Shown: piece by piece, positions 48,489 to 57,180 of the stretch
Layout of the letters: each line of letters starts with the position of its first letter
Numbering within the stretch: position 1 is the first letter of the stretch
NCBI GenBank assembly: GCA_963667015.2
Contig: CAXXJJ010000001.1
Location: 928,001-992,000, forward strand
Source: Desulfatiglandales bacterium
Lineage (GTDB): Bacteria; Desulfobacterota; DSM-4660; Desulfatiglandales; HGW-15
DNA length: 64,000 nucleotides
Direction of reading: 5' to 3'
Program-made: the position numbers and the translations under genes
Notes under the pieces: model-generated
The model's database searches: none
Told to the model about the DNA's origin: nothing
The model's input: only the letters and a program-made list of their open reading frames with translations

Positions 48489-48851
48489 ATGGATTTAAAC
48501 GAACTGACATACAAAATAAACGGCGCTGTTTACGAGGTAAACCGAATCCTCGGTTCAGGTTTTCTGGAAAAGGTATATGAAAATGCATTACTCATTGAAT
48601 TAAATGAAATTGGCTTGAAAGCAGAAAAACAGGTTCCAATCAGAGTTGAATATAAAGGAAATACAGTTGGTGAGTATTTCGCAGATATAATTGTTGAAGG
48701 TCAGGTAATTTTAGAATTGAAGGCCATTGACTCCTTACTTAAAATCCATGAAGCACAAATGCTGAATTATCTAAAAGCAACGAATATTAAGTTAGGATTG
48801 CTTATCAATTTTACATACCCAAAAGCAGAAATAAAAAGATATGTTGTTTAG
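48489..48851 (+). CDS. GxxExxY protein (PD-(D/E)XK nuclease superfamily), copy 2
   Basis: LGSGFLEKVY, D...LELK, QMLNYL and GLLINF motifs. Confidence 0.92.
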   Translation: MDLNELTYKINGAVYEVNRILGSGFLEKVYENALLIELNEIGLKAEKQVPIRVEYKGNTVGEYFADIIVEGQVILELKAIDSLLKIHEAQMLNYLKATNIKLGLLINFTYPKAEIKRYVV

Positions 48852-49103
48852 CCACGAACCCACACAAACCCACGCGGACTAATAATCAGTGAATTAAAAT
48901 GCATAAAAAGCATATGTTTAAAGCTATAAGATCTTTATTTCTTGGCAATGTGTTGACAAGACAGGGCAGAAAGTCATGTTAAAAAAAATAAAACCATTTG
49001 ATTTTTTAGACATGGATATTCTGACCAGACTTTAAACATAATTCAATTGAGTATTTGTTCTATTTTAAGGTTTTGTCTGTGTAAGTCAGTGTGTGTCCGT
49101 GGC
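48851..49103. repeat. Family C element overlapping the GxxExxY copy 2 stop codon
   Basis: TAG|CCACGAACCCACACAAAC ... GTCTGTGTAAGTCAGTGTGTGTCCGTGGC. Confidence 0.9.
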
Positions 49104-49126
49104 AATTTTAAAAAAGAGGTTTTAAT

Positions 49127-50419
49127 ATGAAAGAATCTGAAATTACAGTTGCAGTTATTGGTTTAGGGTATGTCGGTCTTCCCCTTGCCCTTGCCTTCGG
49201 CTCTAAATACAACACCATAGGCTTTGATGTTAACACTGTCCGAATAGATGAACTCAAGAAAAACATCGACCGCACAGGAGAGGCAGATAAAGAACATTTT
49301 GAGGCTGCTTCAAAAATTGTCTTCACAAATGATGAAAAAGATCTCAAAGAAGCCGATTTTATTATAGTCGCAGTCCCAACGCCTATTGATAACGCCCGCC
49401 AACCTGATCTCACTCCGGTGAGGAAAGCATCTGAATGTGCAGGCAGGAATTTAAAAAAGGGTGCCATACTGGTGTTTGAGTCAACTGTTTACCCAGGTGT
49501 GACGGAAGAAGTGTGTGTTCCGATACTGGAAAAGGAATCAGGACTTTTTTGGAAAACGGACTTTCATGTCGGATATTCCCCTGAAAGAATAAATCCTGGC
49601 GACAAAGAGCATACAATCAGAAAGACAATAAAGGTCGTTTCAGGCGATGATGCTGATACACTTGAAAAGGTAAGTGACCTTTATGCCTCAATAATCGGAG
49701 CTGGTGTATACAAAGCTGCCAGCATTAAAGAAGCAGAGGCGGCCAAGGTTATAGAGAACACACAGCGTGATCTTAATATTGCCCTTATAAACGAACTGGC
49801 AATAATATTTGATAAACTCGGTATCGATACACTTAATGTGCTGGAAGCCGCAGGTTCAAAATGGAATTTTTTACCATTCAGACCTGGTCTTGTTGGGGGG
49901 CACTGTATAGGTGTTGATCCATATTATCTGACATATAAAGCAGAAATGGAAGGTTATCATCCTGAAGTAATCCTTGCAGGCAGAAGAATCAATGATAATA
50001 TGGGTCAGTTTATCGCCCAAAAAACTGTTAAGATGATGATACATGCCGGGCACAATATCAAAGGCAGCAGGGTCGGTATTTTGGGGTTAACGTTTAAGGA
50101 GGATTGCCCTGATCTGAGGAACAGCAGGGTGATAGACATCATCAATGAACTGAAGACATACAGTGTAGATGTTCTTGTACATGATCCCATGGCAGACAAG
50201 GATGAAGCAAAGAAATATTATGGTATAAATCTCACGTCATGGGAAGAGATGGCAAATCTGGATGCTGTAATATTGGCTGTAGGTCATAAATTCTATCGCA
50301 ATATTCCTACTACTGATTTAGCAGATAAAATAATCCATCGAGGATGTCTTGTAGATGTTAAATCCATTCTTAATGTTGAAGAGGTGAAAAAGACGGGGTT
50401 GAGTTATTGGAGGCTGTAG
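49127..50419 (+). CDS. UDP-N-acetylhexosamine dehydrogenase (TviB/WbpO-like)
   Basis: GLGYVGLP, ESTVYPG, SPERINPG, GGHCIGVDP and GLTFKEDCPDLRNS motifs. Confidence 0.92.
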   Translation: MKESEITVAVIGLGYVGLPLALAFGSKYNTIGFDVNTVRIDELKKNIDRTGEADKEHFEAASKIVFTNDEKDLKEADFIIVAVPTPIDNARQPDLTPVRKASECAGRNLKKGAILVFESTVYPGVTEEVCVPILEKESGLFWKTDFHVGYSPERINPGDKEHTIRKTIKVVSGDDADTLEKVSDLYASIIGAGVYKAASIKEAEAAKVIENTQRDLNIALINELAIIFDKLGIDTLNVLEAAGSKWNFLPFRPGLVGGHCIGVDPYYLTYKAEMEGYHPEVILAGRRINDNMGQFIAQKTVKMMIHAGHNIKGSRVGILGLTFKEDCPDLRNSRVIDIINELKTYSVDVLVHDPMADKDEAKKYYGINLTSWEEMANLDAVILAVGHKFYRNIPTTDLADKIIHRGCLVDVKSILNVEEVKKTGLSYWRL

Positions 50420-50446
50420 TTCAGCTAAATTGCTGCAGGATTTATA

Positions 50447-51130
50447 ATGAGCTTTAAAAAAAATATTCTTTCACTCTCAATATTTGTAAATACAATTTTT
50501 ATTACTTTTCTCATCGTGAAATTATTCAATTATTTTTCTGGGGATAACCTGGAAAATAATATTAAAGGGAGTTATTGGCAAGATAAGGTATCTCAATATG
50601 AGGTTTTAAATTCCATTGGAGGAGAAAAAATATTTTTTGTCGGCGACTCAATGGTTGATCGTTATAATGTAGAAGAGTTCTTTCCTCGTAAAAATATCTT
50701 TAATAGAGGAAATGCGTGGGATGATACGTATACACTCCTTTCAAGAATTGATAATACAGTATTAAATGGAAATCCTAAGAAAATCATTTTGTTTATCGGT
50801 GGCAATGATATTCTGTATGGGGTTGATAAATCTATTTCTCTTAATAATTTGAAAGAGTTATGTGAACGTATTATAAGTAAAAAAGTAGAACTTATTGTAA
50901 TCTCCATCCTTCCTGTTTGGAAAGAAAACAAAAGGAGTAATAAAGATATAGTAAACTTCAATGCTTTGTTAAGAGAACTATGTAAAAAAAACAAAATTGA
51001 ATTTTTGGACATATTTTCTAAGTTTCTCAGTTCTGATAATGAGTTGAGGCGAGAGTTATCAAGTGATGGAGTGCACCTTAATGGTAAAGGGTATGAATTG
51101 TTTACTAAAGAAATTGCTGAATTTCTCTAG
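50447..51130 (+). CDS. GDSL/SGNH hydrolase, membrane-anchored
   Basis: FVGDSM, NRG, GGND and DGVHL blocks. Confidence 0.88.
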   Translation: MSFKKNILSLSIFVNTIFITFLIVKLFNYFSGDNLENNIKGSYWQDKVSQYEVLNSIGGEKIFFVGDSMVDRYNVEEFFPRKNIFNRGNAWDDTYTLLSRIDNTVLNGNPKKIILFIGGNDILYGVDKSISLNNLKELCERIISKKVELIVISILPVWKENKRSNKDIVNFNALLRELCKKNKIEFLDIFSKFLSSDNELRRELSSDGVHLNGKGYELFTKEIAEFL

Positions 51131-51180
51131 ATTCCATATATCCCTATTTCTGCAGTCAGTTATAATAAAATACTCATTGT

Positions 51181-52275
51181 ATGCTGAATTCATTTTTTCA
51201 AAACTACCAGGAAGATAAAATAAATTTCGATAATATCGAAATATTAAACATTATTCTCATTTTAACACTTTTTTCTATTACTGTTTTAACGATTAGGAAG
51301 AGGGATAAATGGCGACCACTGGATGTTCTTTCAACTGATCAGTTGAGAGGCATTGCTATTCTGATGGTTTTACAGGGTCATCTTTGGGTTCATGTAGCTA
51401 AAGAAAAAGCGTCACTTATTTTGAGTTATGAGGGTGTTGCTCTATTTTTGTTTATTTCAGGATTTGGTATTGCTAAATCTCTACAAAAGGATCTTAGTCT
51501 AAAAAATTATGTCATTAAAAGAGTCAACCGTGTGATGATACCTTATTGGATTGCTACAGTGATGATTCTGTTTTTTGATTATTTTCTTATAAATAAAACA
51601 TATAGTGTAACTCATATCATGCTCTCATTAATCGGAATTAATATATACGATGTATTGCATGAATTTGATTATGTAAGATGGTTTATAACATTTTTACTGT
51701 TATGGTATTTAGTTACTTATTCTTTATTTTATATAAAAAAGAAATCAGTTGTTATCATACTAATTTTTGTTATCGGGCAGCTTGCTTTACTTCTTGATTA
51801 CTATGTGCTGCATTTTGGATGGTATCAATATTTGGCATTTCCTGCGGGTGTTTATTTTGCACTTAATGAATCAAAAATCGAAAAAATATTCCGCATAAGA
51901 AAAACAGCCTTTCAATATTTAGAAATATCAATAGTTGCTTTTTGTATTTGTTACAAAATATATTTTGCAGATACACTTTTATTTCATCTCCCATCAATAA
52001 TTATATTTTTCTTAAATGATGTAGTTAGTGTTGTGATGATATTGGCTATACTTCTTCTTATTTGTAAAATAAAAAACTATTATAGCCAGTTTCTTTTATT
52101 ACTTGGGAAACATTCATACTGGATATTTCTTTTACATGGTGTTTTTCTTGTAAAATATAATCCTGTCTTAAAATTAGGTTCTGTCTACTGGACGTTTCCG
52201 GTTTTAATTATATTGATCCTTTTTATGGCTTGGATAATGGATAATACTCTAAGTAAGATAAAGATACCAATGTAG
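51181..52275 (+). CDS. Acyltransferase-3 family membrane O-acyltransferase
   Basis: DQLRGIAIL..H, GVALFLFISGFG, KR..R..IPY, WF and GKHSY..FL.H motifs. Confidence 0.85.
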   Translation: MLNSFFQNYQEDKINFDNIEILNIILILTLFSITVLTIRKRDKWRPLDVLSTDQLRGIAILMVLQGHLWVHVAKEKASLILSYEGVALFLFISGFGIAKSLQKDLSLKNYVIKRVNRVMIPYWIATVMILFFDYFLINKTYSVTHIMLSLIGINIYDVLHEFDYVRWFITFLLLWYLVTYSLFYIKKKSVVIILIFVIGQLALLLDYYVLHFGWYQYLAFPAGVYFALNESKIEKIFRIRKTAFQYLEISIVAFCICYKIYFADTLLFHLPSIIIFFLNDVVSVVMILAILLLICKIKNYYSQFLLLLGKHSYWIFLLHGVFLVKYNPVLKLGSVYWTFPVLIILILFMAWIMDNTLSKIKIPM

Positions 52276-52429
52276 TGATATAAAACCCTTCGATAGCAAT
52301 ATAATAGATAAAAATTATTTTTATATGTTCTTATTTATTTCATTAAAGCTGTCCTATCCAATAAAAATATATCATTTGTAAAAATTAAATTGGTAGATAT
52401 CTAGTGGTAAAGTCGAATGGGGGACATTT

Positions 52430-53263
52430 ATGAAATCAAATCAAAAAAGAATTTTATTACTTTTAGCTGCTTTAGTTTTTTTTTCATGTAGTGGAGGGGA
52501 GATGGAAAACACGCAAAACACTTTTAAAAAAATATCAGATGTTCCAGATGAATATTTAAATGCTCTCTCTCGAAAACAGATTTTTTTTGGGCACCAATCT
52601 GTTGGTTATAATATTGTAGAGGGAATTGAAAATGTCATGGAAAATAAAACAAGGATTAAGCTTAATGTTTCACAGGACAAGAGGATAGAAAATATTTCAG
52701 AAGGAGCTTTTTTACATTCAGAAGTTGGACAGAATAAAAACCCAATGTCTAAGATTGACGCTTTTGAAAAAATATTGGATTCCGGTTTAGGTAAAAAAGT
52801 CGATATAGCTTTTCTTAAATTTTGCTATGTTGATATATCTGCTGATACTGATATTAAAGAAGTTCTCAAGATGTATAGTGAGAGTATAGATCGTCTTGAA
52901 AAAAGATACCCCGAAATCACCTTCGTTCATTTCACTGTGCCACTGACAGCAATTCCTTCTGGTTTTAAAGTATGGGTAAAAAAAATTCTTGGTAAGGCCG
53001 ATTCCAAAGATCTTGAAGCAAATATTAAAAGAAATGAATACAATTCTTTATTGTTGGAAAAATATAAAGGAAAAGATCCAGTTTTTGATCTGGCTGGAAT
53101 TGAATCTACTAATCAAAACGGTTCTAGACAAACATTCATAAAAGATAACAATACTTACTTCTCTCTTGTTCCGGAGTACACATATGATGGTGGACATTTT
53201 AATGAAACAGGTAAAAAAGTAGTTGGCGAGCAACTACTTATATTTCTTGCTAACATTGATTAA
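52430..53263 (+). CDS. Putative lipoprotein, SGNH-like fold
   Basis: FFSC lipobox, FFGHQSVG, KFCYVD and DGGH motifs. Confidence 0.6.
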   Translation: MKSNQKRILLLLAALVFFSCSGGEMENTQNTFKKISDVPDEYLNALSRKQIFFGHQSVGYNIVEGIENVMENKTRIKLNVSQDKRIENISEGAFLHSEVGQNKNPMSKIDAFEKILDSGLGKKVDIAFLKFCYVDISADTDIKEVLKMYSESIDRLEKRYPEITFVHFTVPLTAIPSGFKVWVKKILGKADSKDLEANIKRNEYNSLLLEKYKGKDPVFDLAGIESTNQNGSRQTFIKDNNTYFSLVPEYTYDGGHFNETGKKVVGEQLLIFLANID

Positions 53264-53270
53264 TAATACC

Positions 53271-54161
53271 ATGAACACAGTAGATAGATTATATAGTGAG
53301 CAACTGTTTTTTTTCGAAAAGATGAACTCTGATAAAAAGCTTTTTGGTGTGAAATATCTCCCCTTCAAACCAGGACCTATTGCATTCTTAATGCTACAGC
53401 CCATTGGAACAGAGCGCAATGTAATAGATGCTTTACAGATCAATCTTGCGAGAAGCCTAGCTGCAAATGGGATATCAGTATTGCGCTTCGATTATTATGG
53501 GACTGGAGACAGCGACGGATCATTCGATGAGATCGATCTGGAAACACTAATGTCTGACATCGATTCAGCTATTAATCAGGTTACTAATATACAAGGTGCA
53601 GCAAGGCTCGGATTGTTTGGTCTCAGGTTTGGTGGTTTACTTTCAGCCTATTATGCCGAGCAGCATCCCAAAAATGTGGAGTACCTTATATTATGTGCAC
53701 CTGTTGTTGACGCATTTAGATTTATTAATCAGGAATTGAGGCAGTCTATATCAACTCAGTCAGTTTTATTCCAAAAGGTCATTTTAAATAGAGATCAGAT
53801 TTTACAGAAAATAAATAATAATGAATCAACTGTAATTAATGGATATGACATGGCAAATCTGAATGGTTTCCCGCTAAGCCATGGTTTCATGAATTCATTA
53901 AAGGATATAAATCTTACTGCAAATCAAACAGCATATAGAAATAATCTTTGTATTATTGATATTGATAAAAGAGTTAGGGCAAAGTCGAAAGATATCTCAT
54001 TACTGGAAGATAAATATAAAGCTTGTAAAGCTTTAAAATATTATGGCCTTGTTGAGAAAACGATCCCATGGATTCATGGTGATTATTTAATGAAAATATG
54101 TGAACAGCTTAATAATAAAGTGCAGGAGTGGGTAAAAGAAGTAAGTGGAAAAGATATGTGA
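53271..54161 (+). CDS. Alpha/beta hydrolase, exosortase-associated hydrolase-2-like
   Basis: RFDYYGTGDSDG; GLRFGG at the nucleophile elbow. Confidence 0.75.
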   Translation: MNTVDRLYSEQLFFFEKMNSDKKLFGVKYLPFKPGPIAFLMLQPIGTERNVIDALQINLARSLAANGISVLRFDYYGTGDSDGSFDEIDLETLMSDIDSAINQVTNIQGAARLGLFGLRFGGLLSAYYAEQHPKNVEYLILCAPVVDAFRFINQELRQSISTQSVLFQKVILNRDQILQKINNNESTVINGYDMANLNGFPLSHGFMNSLKDINLTANQTAYRNNLCIIDIDKRVRAKSKDISLLEDKYKACKALKYYGLVEKTIPWIHGDYLMKICEQLNNKVQEWVKEVSGKDM

Positions 54162-55056
54162 GTTTAAAAATCGTGATGGGCTAAAACTGGTCGGAATACT
54201 TCATTCTCCTGAAGATAATGCGCAAGACTATGGTTTTCTCTTTATTCATTCCGGTGTTCAGGGCAGGCATGGAAACACAAATCAATATGTTTTTTATGCC
54301 AGGGAATTTTGCAAAATGGGGTTTCCCTGTTTTAGGTTCGAACCATATGGAATGGGAGACAGCGAGGGAATCATTGAACCCATGCCCATGAGAGACTACT
54401 ATGGTTCAATACAGACAGGGCGATATGTTAATGATACCCTTGATGCAATTGAATATTTCAACTCCACCGGTGTTAAAAAGATAATTTTATTTGGTCTCTG
54501 CGGTGGATCTATAACTGCCCTTTTAAGCGCACCCTTTTCAGATAAAATATCTTCGCTGATATTATTAAGCATCCCGGTCGTTCTTGATAGTGATAAAACA
54601 GACTATGACCTAAGAATACCAAAAGAATTAGCCAGCAAGCAACTAATAATATATTTAAAAAAGGTATTTAACCCTAAATATATAATACGGTTATTAATGC
54701 TTAAGTCTGATTATAAAAGAATATTCTCCTATTTAAAGGCATTTTTTAAGAAATCAAATGATAGTAAAGATTCGACTACACAAATTAACTGCGGAGTAGT
54801 AAATTCTTACTTTTTTGACTCCTATCAGGCATGCCGTAATCGAGTTCATACTTTCTGGATATTTGGCGACAATGATAGCTTTTGGTTTGATTTTAAAAGG
54901 GAATTTTTTGAGAAAAAATTGATGGATCCGCATGACAGTCTGCTCGTAATAAAAGATGCAAATCATATGTTTACCCTTATTGAATGGCAGAAAAAGATTG
55001 TTTTAGAAATCAAAAAATGGCTGGTAAATGAAAAAATCTATAATGCTGACAGTTGA
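54145..55056 (+). CDS. Alpha/beta hydrolase, exosortase-associated hydrolase-1-like
   Basis: GMGDSEG, GLCGGS (Cys at the elbow), ANHMF. Confidence 0.75.
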   Translation: MEKICEFKNRDGLKLVGILHSPEDNAQDYGFLFIHSGVQGRHGNTNQYVFYAREFCKMGFPCFRFEPYGMGDSEGIIEPMPMRDYYGSIQTGRYVNDTLDAIEYFNSTGVKKIILFGLCGGSITALLSAPFSDKISSLILLSIPVVLDSDKTDYDLRIPKELASKQLIIYLKKVFNPKYIIRLLMLKSDYKRIFSYLKAFFKKSNDSKDSTTQINCGVVNSYFFDSYQACRNRVHTFWIFGDNDSFWFDFKREFFEKKLMDPHDSLLVIKDANHMFTLIEWQKKIVLEIKKWLVNEKIYNADS

Positions 55057-55927
55057 TGTTGAAGATTGGTTCCAAGTCGAAAACTTTAAAAATTATATTC
55101 CTTTTTCTTCTTGGGATTCACTGGAATCCAGAGTTGAAAAAAATACTCAAAATATATTGAATTTTTTTGAGTTATGGAAGAATTGTGAAAATAAAGAATT
55201 AAACGTTAAAGCTACTTTTTTTGTTCTTGGCTGGATTGCTGAAAGGTATCCTCAATTAATACGAAAAATCCATGAAGCAGGTCATGAAGTTGCTTCCCAC
55301 GGTTATAATCATAATCTTTGCAGCAAAGAGTCAAGGGAAGAATTTAGATCTGATGTCACTGAAGCCAAAAAACGACTGGAGGACATTATAGGCGTAAGGA
55401 TTTATGGATATCGTGCCCCGAGTTTTTCTATTAGTGATGAGTATATTCAAATATTAAAAGAATGTGAATATGGTTATGATTCGAGCTTCAATTCATTTAG
55501 TTTAAATAGCCGACATGGCAGACTCAGTGTGCTGGACAATAAAAGAGCTGGAATAGCGATAAATTTAGATAATGATTTCTATGAACTCCCAATAAGTAAT
55601 TTGAAATTATGGAACAGGGCTTTTCCTCTGGGAGGAGGAGGCTATTTTAGAATTTTGCCGGCATGGCTGTTCTGTAAAGGAGTAAAAAAAATTTTAAATG
55701 CCGAAAATGCATACCTTTTTTATTTTCATCCCTGGGAAATAGATCCGGAACAACCAAGAGTAAAGGAAGCTTCATTTTTTTATAAATTTCGACATTATAT
55801 AAATCTTCAAAAAACTATTAGAAAATTATCGTTGTTAATAATAAGCAATTTTAAAAGTAATTTTATTACATGCAATCAATACCTTTCTCAATGTTTTGTT
55901 GATGATCCAAATTCTTCCATTAATTAA
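55028..55927 (+). CDS. Polysaccharide deacetylase (XrtA-associated, DUF3473 C-terminus)
   Basis: TVDVEDWFQV, HEVASHGYNH, GYRAPSFS, GGGYFR and FHPWEID motifs. Confidence 0.9.
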   Translation: MKKSIMLTVDVEDWFQVENFKNYIPFSSWDSLESRVEKNTQNILNFFELWKNCENKELNVKATFFVLGWIAERYPQLIRKIHEAGHEVASHGYNHNLCSKESREEFRSDVTEAKKRLEDIIGVRIYGYRAPSFSISDEYIQILKECEYGYDSSFNSFSLNSRHGRLSVLDNKRAGIAINLDNDFYELPISNLKLWNRAFPLGGGGYFRILPAWLFCKGVKKILNAENAYLFYFHPWEIDPEQPRVKEASFFYKFRHYINLQKTIRKLSLLIISNFKSNFITCNQYLSQCFVDDPNSSIN

Positions 55928-55976
55928 GCCTTTCGTTTTGACGACATAACTTATTCCGTAAAAAGGAAATAGAAAT

Positions 55977-57110
55977 ATGGAAATATTTTTCTGGGTTCTC
56001 ATATTTTTTATTATAGCGACATATCCGGGCTATATAACGGTTCTAGTCCTATTAAATAAAATTATAGGAAAAGATATAGTACAAAAAGATATAGAGCCAT
56101 CCGTATCATTAATAATAGCGGCTTATAATGAGGAAAGTGTAATCAAGGATAAGATTATAAATAGCCTTGAACTTGATTATCCTAAAGAAAAATTGGAAAT
56201 AATTATAGTCTCTGATTGTTCATCAGATAAGACAGATGAGATAGTAAAGGGATATGAGTCCGAGAGATTAAAATTTATTGGGCTTGAAAAACGAGGAGGT
56301 AAGACTGCCGCTCAGAATGAAAGCCTTAAATATGTCAAGGGTGAGATATTAGTCTTCTCAGATGCTGATATAATGTACAGTAAAAATGCTATCAGAAAAT
56401 TAGTCCAAAATTTCTACGAGCCTTCTATTGGATGTGTAGGGGGTAAATTGAGATATGGAAGTGATAGAACAATTGAAGGCGTTAAGGAGAAAAGGATGTA
56501 CTCATCTTTTGACCAGTACATTAAATACCTTGAGTCAAGAATAAAGTCATGTATTGGTGTGGATGGGGCAATTTATGCTGTCCGCAAAACTCTGGCGCGC
56601 CCTTTTCCAGAGTGGCTTACATCTGATTTTTTAACGCCATTGGATGTTATTTCTCAAGGGTATAGAGTCGTGTTCGAGGATGAAGCATTAACGTTTGCTG
56701 AAATTGCATCATCTGCAAAAGCTGAGTTCCAAAGAAAGATTAGAACCGTAAAGGTGGGAATAACAGTTTTATATGCAAAGAGGGAACTGCTGAACCTGTT
56801 TCGGTATCCATGGGCATCATTCTTTTTGCTCTTTCATAAAGTGTTCAGATGGATCATCCCTTATATAATGATTTTATTATTCTTAGATAGTATCGTTGTG
56901 TTTGAATCAGGATTTTTATACCAACTAATTTTTTATTTGCAATTGATGTTTTATTCATTTGCGATTATCGGCATTTTTTTTAGGAAAAGAAAGCCGGTGA
57001 AAATATTTACAGTTCCATTTTATTTTTGTTTGTATAATTCCTGCGCTATTATTGGTTTTTTTAAGTTCTTATTTGCTAAAAAATCGGAGATTTGGGAAAT
57101 CAATCGATGA
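55977..57110 (+). CDS. Glycosyltransferase family 2
   Basis: IAAYNEE, SDCSSD, FSDAD, GAIYAVR, EFQRKIR, C-terminal TMs. Confidence 0.9.
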   Translation: MEIFFWVLIFFIIATYPGYITVLVLLNKIIGKDIVQKDIEPSVSLIIAAYNEESVIKDKIINSLELDYPKEKLEIIIVSDCSSDKTDEIVKGYESERLKFIGLEKRGGKTAAQNESLKYVKGEILVFSDADIMYSKNAIRKLVQNFYEPSIGCVGGKLRYGSDRTIEGVKEKRMYSSFDQYIKYLESRIKSCIGVDGAIYAVRKTLARPFPEWLTSDFLTPLDVISQGYRVVFEDEALTFAEIASSAKAEFQRKIRTVKVGITVLYAKRELLNLFRYPWASFFLLFHKVFRWIIPYIMILLFLDSIVVFESGFLYQLIFYLQLMFYSFAIIGIFFRKRKPVKIFTVPFYFCLYNSCAIIGFFKFLFAKKSEIWEINR

Positions 57111-57180
57111 TGCCAGTCTGTTAATTATAGAATGGTTTTAAAATATTAAAATAAAAGTGGATTATTGAAGAAGGTTAATT

